A stretch of 20,000 nt of DNA, taken from Chiloscyllium plagiosum. Lineage: Eukaryota. The notes under the pieces were generated by a model. That model searched no databases. It had not been told where the DNA came from and was given only the letters and a program-made list of their open reading frames with translations. Position 1 is the first letter of the stretch. Each line of letters begins with the position of its first letter. The position numbers and the translations under genes were made by a program. The stretch spans positions 8,639,257 to 8,659,256 of the forward strand of contig NC_057757.1 in NCBI RefSeq assembly GCF_004010195.1, read 5' to 3'. Positions 1-9,779 of the stretch are shown here, piece by piece.

Positions 1-406
1 CCAATGGGGTTTGTTAAAACATATGAGAGTGCCATTTGGGGTGTCATCATCCTGTGCCATTTTCCAGCTGATGATGATGATGGAGAACATTTTGAAAAGT
101 CTATCCCAGCTCTCCATTTATCTGGATGACATGGTAATAACAGGAAGACTAATAAAGAGCATTTAGAAAACTTGGACATGGTGCTTGATTGTTTCTCCAA
201 GGTGGGTGTGCACCTTCGGAGGGAATAATCTGTGTTTTCAGACACCCCAAGTGACCTACATGGGCTACAAAGTCGACAAGACTGGGTTATACCTTTTGGA
301 AGATAAAGTGAGAGTGATCAAAGGAGCCCCGGCTCCGAGGTCTATACCAGAGCTGAGGTCTTTTCTTGGATTGGTGAATTATTACTGAAAACTGAGATGT
401 AACCTG
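1..406 (+). mobile_element. Decayed Gypsy (Ty3) LTR retrotransposon pol, RT part (fragment 1)
   Basis: Reads YLDDMVITG near 119-146. ORF 185-388 has VTYMGYKVDKTGL...IKGAPAPRSIPELRSFLGLVNYY, typical Gypsy RT C-terminal motifs. Frameshifts and stops are present. Confidence 0.9.
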
Positions 407-1266
407 CGGAGATGAGGATAGTGTAGAAGTTTATCAAAGAATACAGCAGGTTATAGATCAGATCCAGATATGAGTGGAGAAATGGCAGATGGAGTTTAAT
501 CTGGGTAAGCGTGAAGTACTGCACTTTGGGAGATCAAATGTTAAGGAACAATATACAATTAATGGCAGGACCCTGAACAGCATTGATGTACAGAGAGATC
601 TTGGGGTTCAAGTCCAGAGCTCCCTGAAAGTAGGCTTGTAAGTAGATAGGATGGTAAAGAAGGTGCATGGCATGCTTACCTCTACTGATTGGGGAATTGA
701 GTACAAGAGTCAGATGTCATGTTGCAGCTTTATAAGACTTTGGTTAGGCCACACCTAGAGTATTGCATTCAATTCTGTTCATCACGTTACAGGTAGGATG
801 TGGAGGCTTGGAGAGGTGCAGAAGAGGTTTAACGGGATGTTTCCTGAATTAGAGGGTAGGAGCTATAATGAGCGGCTGGAAAAACTTGGTTTGTTTTTCT
901 CTGGAGCAGCAGAGACTGAGAGAGCCTTCATAGATGCATAGATAGGGTTGATGGTCAGAATCTTTATCCCAGGATTGAATTGTCTCATACTTGGGACGTG
1001 CATTATAAGGTGAGGGGGGAAAGTTCAACGGAGGTGTGAGGGGTAAGTATTTTACACAGAGTGTGTAGGAGTCTGGAATGCGCTGCCAGTGGTGGTGGTG
1101 GAGGCAACTACGATAGGCGTGCTTATGTGATTTTCAGATAAGCACAAGGATATGCAAGGAATGGAGAGATATGGCAGGAAGAAGGGATTAGTCTAATCTG
1201 GCGTCATGTTCAGCACAACATTGTGGGCCGAAGGGCCTGTTCCTGTGCTGTACCGTTCTATGTTGT
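407..1266 (+). mobile_element. 5'-truncated CR1/HER1-type LINE 3' fragment inserted in the Gypsy pol
   Basis: Encodes a degenerate RT C-terminus (KWQMEFN..K.EVLHFG, LYKTLVRPHLEYCIQF). It has the shark CR1 3' tail (GGGCCGAAGGGCCTGTT..GTGCTGTAC.GTTCTATGTT). It is flanked by a TSD, GATGTAACCTG (396-406) and GATCTAACCTG (1267-1277). Confidence 0.9.
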
Positions 1267-1270
1267 GATC

Positions 1271-2445
1271 TAACCTGACCTCCATCCTGGCACCCTTACA
1301 TCCACTATTCAAAAAGCGTCAGCCTTGGGGATGGTCTTTTAGACAAGATTTTAGGGAAGTGAAGAAATGGTTATTGTTGGTGAAAGTTTTGGCACACTCT
1401 GATCCCAAATCAGACGTGGTGCTGACATCTGATGCCTACCCGTCCAGTATCGGGGTAGGATTTGCTAACTCAAGCTCAGCGGAGAGGAACACCTGATAGT
1501 GCAGGACTTTGGCTGCTGCTGAACAGAAATATGTCAGGTAGAGAAGGAATGTTTGGCTTTATTGTGAGAAAGGTCCACCAATACCTTTACAGATGCAAAT
1601 TTGCAACAGTAATGGACCACTTGCCCCTGGTAGTGCTGCGTGCTGCCATGAGCTTCAGGTGGAAGGCAGCATTGGGCTCACATTCTGAGTGCATACAATG
1701 ATGTTTGGAACAACGTCCATGTGCCCAAGTGGCAAATACAGATCGCTTGACCCCACCCCTCTCCCATTGGTAGATACATCATGGTGGGTGCTGTCACTGG
1801 AAGAGTCCGTTCAAGTTTGAAACTTTCTGGACATCCTTCCAGTCACCGCTGGCAATATCCGACTGTGGATGCAAAAAGATCTGGTCCCTGCAAAACTGAA
1901 ACAGCTGGTGTTGATGGGGGAGACAAAAGGGCCATCACAACCAGAATTAAATGCTTTCTGGACCTGGTCACCGTACAGGATGGTGTATTACTATCAGGAG
2001 CGAGAGCAAAAGTCCCCACCAGATAGAGGCTGAGATCCACAGGGGTTCCAAAAATGGTTATATGAGCCAGAGGTTATATCTCATTGGTAGGATTGATGCC
2101 GACATAGCTGCACTGGTGGAGTAGTGTCTAGAGTGCCATCAAGGACAAAAATTATTGCCAACAACTGCCCCCACATTCATGGGAATGGCTGGGTAAACCC
2201 TGGACTTGGTTACACGTTGATTCTGTTGGACCTTTCATGGGCTCAATGTTCTTGTCATTGTTGATGGTCATTGGAAATGGTTGGACATGCACAGAGTTCG
2301 TTCGTTAGACACGCTGCTGATAGAAAAGCTGTGAGCATCTTTTGCAATACACAGACTACTGGACATTTTGATCACAGATAACCGTCATTTACCAGCAGGC
2401 AATCTAATTATTTCTGAAAGTTCAATGGCATTCGCTTCCGTACCG
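1271..2445 (+). mobile_element. Decayed Gypsy pol, RNase H and integrase N-terminal/core part (fragment 2)
   Basis: Resumes with NLTSILAPLHPLFKK. RNase H motif LAHSDPKSDVVLTSDA. Integrase Zn-finger region (CLECHQ), then SWEWLGKPWTWLHVDSVGPFMG, VIVDGHWKWLD and ILITDN. Multiple frameshifts. Confidence 0.88.
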
Positions 2446-3895
2446 TAGAATATACAACAATACAGTGCCAAAGAGGCCCTTTGGCCCTCAATGTTGTGCC
2501 GACCTGTGAGGTATTCTAAGCTCACCACACTCCCACACACACTATCCTATCATCATCCATGTGCTTATCCAAGGATTGCTTAAATTTCCCTCATGTGGCT
2601 GAGTTAACTACATTGTCAGGTAGGGCATTGCAAGTCTTTCCCTCTCTCCACGTAAACAATCTGCCTCTGACATCTGTCTTAAATCTATCTCCCTTCAATT
2701 TGCAGTTATATCCCATTGTATACGCTGATGTCATCATCCTCGGAAAAAAGGAATTTCACTGTCGCCCATATCTAATCCTCCGATCATCTTGCATGTCTCT
2801 ATCAAATCCCTTCTTAGCCTTCTTCTTTCCAATGAGAACAGACCCATGCCTCTCAGCCTTTCCTCGTAAGAGCTTCCTTCTAGACCAGGCAACTTCCTGA
2901 TAAATCCCCTCTGCACCTTCTGCAATGCTTGCACATCTTTCCTGTAATGAGGCGACCAGAACTGTACACAATATTCCAAGTGTTGCCGCACTAGCGTTTT
3001 TTATAGTTGCAGCATGACATTGCGGTTGCAGAATTCAATCCTGCTACCAATGAAACCTATTATACCATATGCCCTCTTAACAACATTATCAACTTGGGTG
3101 GCAACTTCAGAGATCTAGGTACATTGACTCTAAGGTCCCTCTTGACGTCCATACTACCAAAACATTTTCCATTGACCCATTGCCTTTCCATTGCCTTCCT
3201 ATTATTCTTCCCAAAGTGAACCACCTCGCATTGAACTCCATTTGCCACCTCTCAGCCCAATTCTGCAGTTTATCCACGTCCCCTTGCAACCTGTAACATT
3301 CTTCCACACTGTCCACGACTCCAGCCAGTTTTTAATCCAAACTGCTAAATCACCCTCCATCCCATGCCTCTGCATTTTCTCAAACAGCCTACCATGTGGA
3401 ATCTTATTAAAGGCTTTACTGAAGTCCATGTACACCACGTCAACTGCCCTACTTTCATCTACATGCTTGGTCACCTTTTCAAAAAACTCAATGACCTGCT
3501 CTTGACCAAACCATGTTGACTATCTGAAATCAAATTGTTGTGTGCTAGATGATTATAAATCTTATCTCTTTTAATCCTTTCCAAAACCTTTCATACAAAG
3601 AAGTAAGGCAAACTGGTCTATAATTACCTGGGTCATCTCTACTACCTTTATTGAACAAGGGCACAACATTTGCAATCTCCAGTTCTCTGGTATTGAACCT
3701 GTAGACAATGATGAAGCAAATATCAAAGCTCTGCTATCTCCTCCCTAGCTCCCCAGATAACTCCATCCGGCCCAGGGGACTTGTCACTCCTTGTAGAATT
3801 GATAACACCTGTTCACAACTAACCTCGATCCTTTTAGTCTAATATCTTGCATCTCATTAGTCTCTTCTACAATATTCTCCTTTTCCTGAATGGAA
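2446..3895 (-). mobile_element. CR1/HER1-type LINE fragment (RT region plus 3' tail) with an internal deletion
   Basis: Minus ORFs read AVDVVYMDFSKAFNKIPHGRL and RQHLEYCVQFWSPHYRKDV. The 3' tail lies at ~2446-2500. It interrupts the Gypsy integrase. Confidence 0.9.
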
Positions 3896-4350
3896 ACCAT
3901 CAACCATCTATCAACCAACGCTGGTGGGCAGAGCAATGCAAACTTTGAATGCAGAATTAAAGCAACAGCCTACAGTTTCACTCGATACTAAACTGTCTGA
4001 GCTCCTATTTGGTCATAGAGTTTCTCCTCACATAGCTACATGGATAGCTCCAGCAGAGATGTTAATTGGGAGATGACTGTACACTAGTTAAAGACGATCT
4101 TCCCGGACCTGGGGTGGGGGTGGGGGCACAGGGGAGGAATGAAACGGCATGAGGAACGCCAATGTCGGACATAAGACACATCTAAGTGAGAGAGGCAGTT
4201 TACTTCAGGGGATGAAGATTGGTGTTGAACCATGAGAGCGGCCCTGCATGGGAAAAAGACCGATTCAACGTGAGTTCGTGTCCCATAAGGTATAAAGTCT
4301 GGGAACTAGAACTGGTTTTGAACAGGCATGTGGACCATGTGAAAGCTGCC
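3896..4350 (+). mobile_element. Decayed Gypsy integrase C-terminal part (fragment 3)
   Basis: Reads RAMQTLNAELKQQPTVSLDTKLSELLFGHRVSPHIATWIAPAEMLIGR and ends with VLNRHVDHVK, matching the YRxTPHxTTGxSPAELLxGR and RHxDQ motifs. Confidence 0.85.
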
Positions 4351-4799
4351 AGCTCGTAAACTGTTGGGGGGAGGGGGGTGTTGGGGGTGTTCGGGGGTGC
4401 GCAACATACACAGCCCTTCAGGACACCAGGCAAGGCTGTCAGACAGACTTCAGAACAGGTCACATAAACCTGCTTACATTAAATTAAGAATGGTTACCCA
4501 GAGTAACTGTTGTCTTATCACATCCTATGTTCCTAATTTCTTGAGTGAGGGCTGGGCTAAAATATTATGAAAGTGGTGCAGGGTGCTTGAGGTGCCTTTG
4601 TAATGTCTGAGTCGAAAGTTGCAGGTTGAAGTCCAGTATATGCCAAACGTGTGCTTAAGAGGTTGTTGTGGTTTTTGTTTAAAAGAAGCCCGATTTGATT
4701 ACTGATCTGTAAAACATGTTTATATTTCCCATGGTACTTGCCTTGATTTTAATTCAACAATTATTCTCCATGTTTTTATTGGCTGTTTGACAGTTTAAT

Positions 4800-5060
4800 G
4801 ACCACATTATTGTGCTATCCATTTAGGACTATGTGGTTACCTTTCCTGTGCAGGTGTATGCATGTTGTTTGTATGTATGTATGGTCAAATGTTGTTTGCA
4901 ATTCCAAATACACAATGTCAACCACATAGGCCTCATTAACATTATTGGGAACTGCAACTAACAGGACTAAATCAAAACACTTAACCCCGTGATAGATCAA
5001 TTAAATCGTCGTAACTCATAATTCAAACTACAAAATTACTCTTGGATAATTCTTCTTTCA
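4800..5060 (-). mobile_element. Highly degenerate CR1 RT fragment
   Basis: Minus ORF segment NEAYVVDIVYLELQTTFD resembles the VDxxYxDFxKAFD motif. Confidence 0.5.
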
Positions 5061-5516
5061 TTCCCATTATGAAGACAGAAGGCACTTAGGTTTTGCAAAT
5101 TATCTGCTGACTCATGCTCATCAACGCTTTGTTATTCCACTTTACTGATTTGATGTTGAATTCCACAGATTTAGATACTGACCACATTATGTCTGCTGTT
5201 CATGTTGACTATCTTAAAATCTCTGCCCCCTCGCCCATTCCCCACAGCCCCACAACCATATATTGTTTGCGTCATCTTTACTTTGCTCTCTTCCTTTCAC
5301 ATCTGAACATACAGCATTTTTGCCTCTCCTTTTCTCTCACACTACAACCTTTTTTTTTCCATTGGGCATTTCACCAACTGTTCTCTTAACCCTCCTTACC
5401 CTTTTTGTCAAAAGTATTTTTTAAAACACCCACAAATTTTCAACACTAAAATAAAGAATTAAAATGTGGATGCTGGAAATTTGAAATGAACACAGAAATT
5501 GTGAAACAACTCAGGA

Positions 5517-6048
5517 GATTAGATTCCCTACCGTATGGAAAAAGGCCATTTGGCCCAACAAGTCCATACTGACCCTCCAAAGAGTAACCACCCAGACCTA
5601 TTCCCCTACCCTATGTTGACCCCTGACCAATGCACCTAACACTATGGGCAATTTAGCATGACCAATTCACCTGACCAGCACATTTTTGGATTGTGGGAGG
5701 AAACTGGAGCACCCGGAGGGAACTCACGCAGACACAGGGAGAATGTGTAACCTCTGCACAGACAGTGACCTGCAAGAATTGCGCCTGTAAGGCAGCAGTG
5801 CTAACCACTGAGCCAGGTGAAAGTGGGGGCTGCAGATGCTGGAGATCAGAGTCCAGATTAGAGTGGTGCTGGAAAAGCACAGCAGGTGAGGCAACATCCA
5901 CAGAACAGGAAGATCGACGTTTCAGACAAAAGCCCTCCATCAGGAATTCCTCATGAAGGGCCTTTGCCCGAAACGTTGACTTTCCTGATCCTCGGGAGCT
6001 GCCTGACCGGCTGTGCTTTTTCAGCACCATTCTTACCACCGTGCTGCC
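5517..6048 (-). mobile_element. HE1-type tRNA-derived SINE (interrupted at 5816-6035)
   Basis: Reverse strand has head GGCAGCACGGTGG...CTCAGTGGTTAGCACTGCTGCC, body GGGTGCTCCAGTTTCCTCCCACAATCCAAAAATGTGC..GCTAAATTGCCCATAG, and tail GGGAATCTAATCT. Confidence 0.88.
5816..6035. mobile_element. Penelope-type palindromic element (imperfect inverted repeat 5860-6033) with degenerate hammerhead cores
   Basis: Homologous to 14048-14263. Axis GGAATTCC at 5943-5950. Minus strand has CTGATGG-A-GGGC-TTTT-GTCT-GAAAC-GTC; plus strand has CTCATGA-A-GGGC-CTTT-GCCC-GAAAC-GTT. Confidence 0.8.
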
Positions 6049-6524
6049 AAAAACAGATCAAGCAGCTTCTCTGAGTGAGGAAGCCTAGTCAACCTTTTGA
6101 GTCCTATGACCCTTCTTTAAAACTTGAAATGTTAGCTCTACTTCTCTCTCCACCAATGCTGCCAGGCCTGCTGCGTTTCTTCAGCAATTTCTATTTTTGT
6201 TTCAATTTCCCATCTCATTGCAATTTTGAAGTAAAGTCAAACAGGATTTGAAACATTAACACTGCTTCTCTCTCCACACTCCTGCTGAGTTTATCCAGCA
6301 TTATTTGTATTTAACTGCAGAGATACAGTTTTGGACTAGCAAAAGCTTCTTCATGTTTTATAAGCAAAGGTGGCGTAGTCCAACTCTCATGTTAGCGATA
6401 TATTTGTTCCATAGTCACTATTATTGTGGTTAGCTTTATATTCAATGTGTAATTAAATGAATTCATGCTCTACCACATGCTAAAGTAGACTATTAGCCTG
6501 GACTATGGGATTGTATAATGTTGC

Positions 6525-6738
6525 TATAGCCCCAGAGAATCATAGAGCTGCTGTCTCAGTATACTGAGATGAGTTTTACTGGTGGTGAGTTTAATCATAC
6601 CTCAAACATTGGGCAAGGTTGGAAAGGCACGACATTCAAGCTGATATCAGCCAGTGCGGGAATTGAACTTTCCACTGTTGGCACCACTCTGCATTACAAA
6701 CCAGACCCCCAGCCAAATGAGATAACCAACCCCCTCCC
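6525..6738 (-). mobile_element. Older tRNA-derived SINE
   Basis: Reverse strand has a tRNA-like head, GGTTGGTTATCTCATTTGGCTGG...GTTCAATTCCC (B box). A related short remnant lies at ~13070-13135. Confidence 0.55.
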
Positions 6739-6771
6739 GACAGCAGGTGTTACCCTGTTATACAGGGATCT

Positions 6772-7950
6772 ATAGAACATAGAACAGTACAGCACAGAAC
6801 AGGCCCTTCAGCCCACGATGTTGTGCCGACCATTGATCCTCATGTATGCACCCTCAAATTTCTGTGACCATATGCATGTCCAGCAGTCTCTTAAATGTCC
6901 CCAATGACTTTGCTTCCACAACTGCTGTTGGCAATGCATTCCATGCTCTCACAACTCTCCATGTAAAGAACCCGCCTCTGACATCCCCTCTATACTTTCC
7001 TCCAACCAGCTAAAAACTATGACCCCTCGTGTTAGCCATTTCTGCCCTGGGAAATAGTCTCCGGCTATCGACTCTATCTATGCCTCTCATTATTTTGTAT
7101 ACCTCAATTAGGTCCCCTCTCGTCCTCCTTTTCTCCAATGAAAAAAGTCCAAGTTTAGTCAACCTCTCTTCATAAGGTAAGCCTTCCAGTCTAGGCATCA
7201 TCCTGGTAAACCTCCTCTGAATCCTCTCCAAAGCATCCACATCTTTCTTATAACAGGGCGACCAGAACTGGACCCAGTATTCCAAGTGTGGTCTAACGAA
7301 AGTTTTATAGAGCTGCAACAAGATCTCACGACTCTTAAACTCAGTCCCCGTTAATGACAGCCAAAACACCATATGTTTTCTTAACAACCCTGTCCACTTG
7401 GGTGGCCATTTTAAGGGATCTATGTACCTGCACCCCAAGATCCCTCTGTCCTTCCACACTGCCAAGAATCCAATCCTTAAGCCTGTACTCAGCTTTCAAA
7501 TTCGACTTTCCAAAACGCATCACCTCGCATTTATCCAGGTTGAACTCCATCTGCCACCTCTCAGCCCATCTCTGCATCTGGTCAATGTCCCGCTGCAGCC
7601 TACAACAGCCCTCTATACTGTCAACGCCACCTCCAACCTTTGTGTCATCTGCAAACTTGCTGACCCATCCTTCAATCCCCTCACCCAAGTCATTAATAAA
7701 AATTACAAACAGTAGAGACCCAAGGACAGAGCCCTGTGGAACACCACTCATCACTGACTTCCAGGCTGAATATTTTCCTTCTACTACCACTCGCTGTCTT
7801 CTGTTGGCCAGCCAATTCTGTATCCAGACAGCTAAGTTCCCCTGTATCCCATTCCTCCTGACCTTCTGAATGAGCCTACCATGGGGAACCTTATCAAATG
7901 CCTTGCTGAAGTCCATATACACTATATCCACAGCTCTACTCTCATCAACT
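6772..7950 (-). mobile_element. Young 5'-truncated CR1/HER1-type LINE (RT domain, one frameshift)
   Basis: Overlapping ORFs 7341-7931 (DFSKAFDKVPH, SGVPQGSVLG, SKFADDTK) and 7010-7465 (VRPHLEYWVQFWSP) join through a frameshift near 7350. The 3' end has a (TTCTATG)n-like tail. Confidence 0.95.
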
Positions 7951-8424
7951 TTTCTATTATATTTCCATTACCAGTCTTCAAACATTAAAGTGTCTCCATA
8001 TAATGACGATTATAATTTAGATTTTATTAAACTTAACGTGAGTCAAAAAGATTGTATCATAACCTTGCCTATTGATGCATTTACCCCCAGTGATGCAAGC
8101 TTTAGATGTTCCCAGTTCGTTTTTATATGAAGCATGAGTTTCTAAACGTTTATAAGCATTTGTATTTTTTCTAAACACAAACGTTTCTGAACCGACTGCA
8201 AGACACATAAAAGCGATATAAATCTTCAACTGATTTTTGAACTTATGGTATATTCATCCCACTGGCAGGGGGAAATAAATGTGATGACGTGTTTTCTATA
8301 AAACCCATTGGTTTGTCTCAAAGTAAGACACTTGGAAAACCAATTTCGGTGATATTTGTGAAGCTTACGGGACTACAATTCTCAAAAGAGTGGGAGTAAC
8401 ATAACTGCTTCTGCTGTGTCATAA

Positions 8425-8435
8425 CCCCAAGGGAG
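8425..8435. promoter_or_regulatory. Candidate O/E (Olf1/EBF/COE) binding site
   Basis: CCCCAAGGGAG matches the pseudo-palindromic YCCCNNGGGA consensus and ends 13 bp before the TATA box. Confidence 0.45.
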
Positions 8436-8447
8436 GTTCTCCACTAT

Positions 8448-8453
8448 TATAAA
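8448..8453 (+). promoter_or_regulatory. Candidate TATA box of the GPCR gene
   Basis: TATAAA starts 67 bp upstream of the predicted ATG at 8515, in non-repeat sequence. Confidence 0.5.
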
Positions 8454-8514
8454 TCAATGCCTTCTCTCAGTTACTTATCCCACAGAGTCGGTTGGAATCT
8501 TGTGTCCAGATACA

Positions 8515-8614
8515 ATGAGAGCTCCATTCACTTTCTACCCCTTTCTCGAGCTACCTCCCATTGTACAGATCATAATGGTTTACTATCCAACAATAGCGGC
8601 CATTGCCATTCCAG
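8515..8614 (+). CDS. GPR139/GPR142-like class A GPCR, coding exon 1
   Basis: ACAATGA start gives MRAPFTFYPFLELPPIVQIIMVYYPTIAAIAIP, the first half of TM1. It ends at the donor CCAG|GTTAGT (phase 1), in frame with exon 2. Confidence 0.85.
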
Positions 8615-8834
8615 GTTAGTGATTATAACCAGTTTCTAAAGCTAAAGTGTCTTTGTTTAACTCTGTTACTGACTTTATGTAAATTAGCGAAACGAGAGCT
8701 CTAACTTTGATTGAAAGACTAACTACCACAGATAGCGATTATTTGTTGCTTTCATGTGTTAAAATTGATTGTGTTGTTGAAATCGTTGCAATCTACAAAA
8801 ACGGCGCCAGCTATTTTAAATTACAGGCAAAACG

Positions 8835-8930
8835 CCCGTGAAAGCGCTGTGGAAACATACCAGGTCAGGCCACATAACTGGAGAGAGAATCAGTGCACAT
8901 TTCACGTCTAGTGTGACTTCTTCAGAGCTT
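8835..8930 (-). mobile_element. Remnant of an old Penelope-like element arm in the GPCR intron
   Basis: CAGGTCAGGC...GGAGAGAGAA..ACATTTC..TTCTTCAG resembles the palindrome arm. The minus strand retains CTGAAGA-A-GTC..GAC.TGAAATGT. Confidence 0.45.
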
Positions 8931-9589
8931 AGAATAATGCAGCTGTTCTCTTCATTTAATGTCAGCCAAGCTGACACAAGATTCAGAAAGGTGGCACAGT
9001 CACAATTGGCTGTATAGCTTCATTCTGTGCTGTAGTAATCCTGTTATGCTGCCAAAGGTGATTGAAATTTTTTTTTTGCACATTATCAACCTAATTTCTC
9101 TTCATTCGTACATAAACCATTTTTGATGTTCATCTGCAAAAAGACTCTACACCCTCTAAATTTAAAACCCAATATCGTTTTCTCATAATTCAGAGAATAT
9201 ATGACATTCACGTTGTCCCTGTTGAGGTGAGTAGAACTGAAATGCGACACATTGCATTCCATCTACCCTGTCCTTCCTTTATCTCCTGATGCAATTTCTT
9301 TGATTTTCCTGCACCCACAAACACTATGCATTTCTATGATCACCAACTCGAAAACTGAATCAGCAGCAAACTTGTTTGGGAAGCATTCAATGACCTTAAC
9401 TATACTATCAACATAGATTATAAATGTAAATGTTCCAAGTATGATGTTTACACCATACAGCTCAGTGCAACTTAATAAAATGAAAAAAAGTTATTCCAGC
9501 TACTTTGTTTCTTTATTTATTAATCAATATTTTGAGCCTATGTTACCATAACAACACATAAATCGTCACTGTTGATTGTTCTATGTTGC

Positions 9590-9752
9590 TCATGTTTTTA
9601 GGGAAGGTAATCTTCGATCTTTACCTGTCTAGCTGACACGTGACTCCAGACACACAGCAATGTGTTTGCCTCTGAGCTAACTTTTGTGCAATTAGAAATG
9701 GATAGTCAATGCTGGCTTTGGCCAGTGATGCTCATATCCATTGAATGAGCAT
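9590..9752 (+). mobile_element. Ancient SINE 3' portion with an L2-like tail, in the GPCR intron
   Basis: TTTAGGGAAGG...GTGACTCCAGAC.CACAGCAATGTG...AATGCTGGC...GCCAGTGATGCTCATATCC..TGAATGA, recognised as a common cartilaginous-fish SINE tail. Confidence 0.55.
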
Positions 9753-9779
9753 TCGATAAAGTGTCCTTCTCTTTTACAG

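Larger units (their letters stand above)
5458..6210. mobile_element. Old palindromic Penelope-like element, split by a SINE and a younger element
   Basis: Left part GATGCTGGAAATTTGAAATGAACACAGAAATT..CTCAG (5470-5514) continues at ~6053. It is mirrored by CCTGCTGCGTTTCTTCAGCAATTTCTATTTTTGTTTCAATTTCC (~6167-6210). Its layout resembles the 14.1 kb palindrome. Confidence 0.55.

Noticed and set aside
4108..4400. G-rich tracts with G-quadruplex potential
   Set aside because: They lie within or at the end of a dead Gypsy element, and nothing suggests a function beyond a possible PPT.
7354..7869. 171-aa and 105-aa plus-strand ORFs
   Set aside because: Antisense shadows of the CR1 reverse transcriptase.
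9761..9779. ORF-track start (GTG at 9761) for the 306-aa GPCR
   Set aside because: This is the intron polypyrimidine tract and acceptor. TM1 is completed by the exon at 8515-8614.
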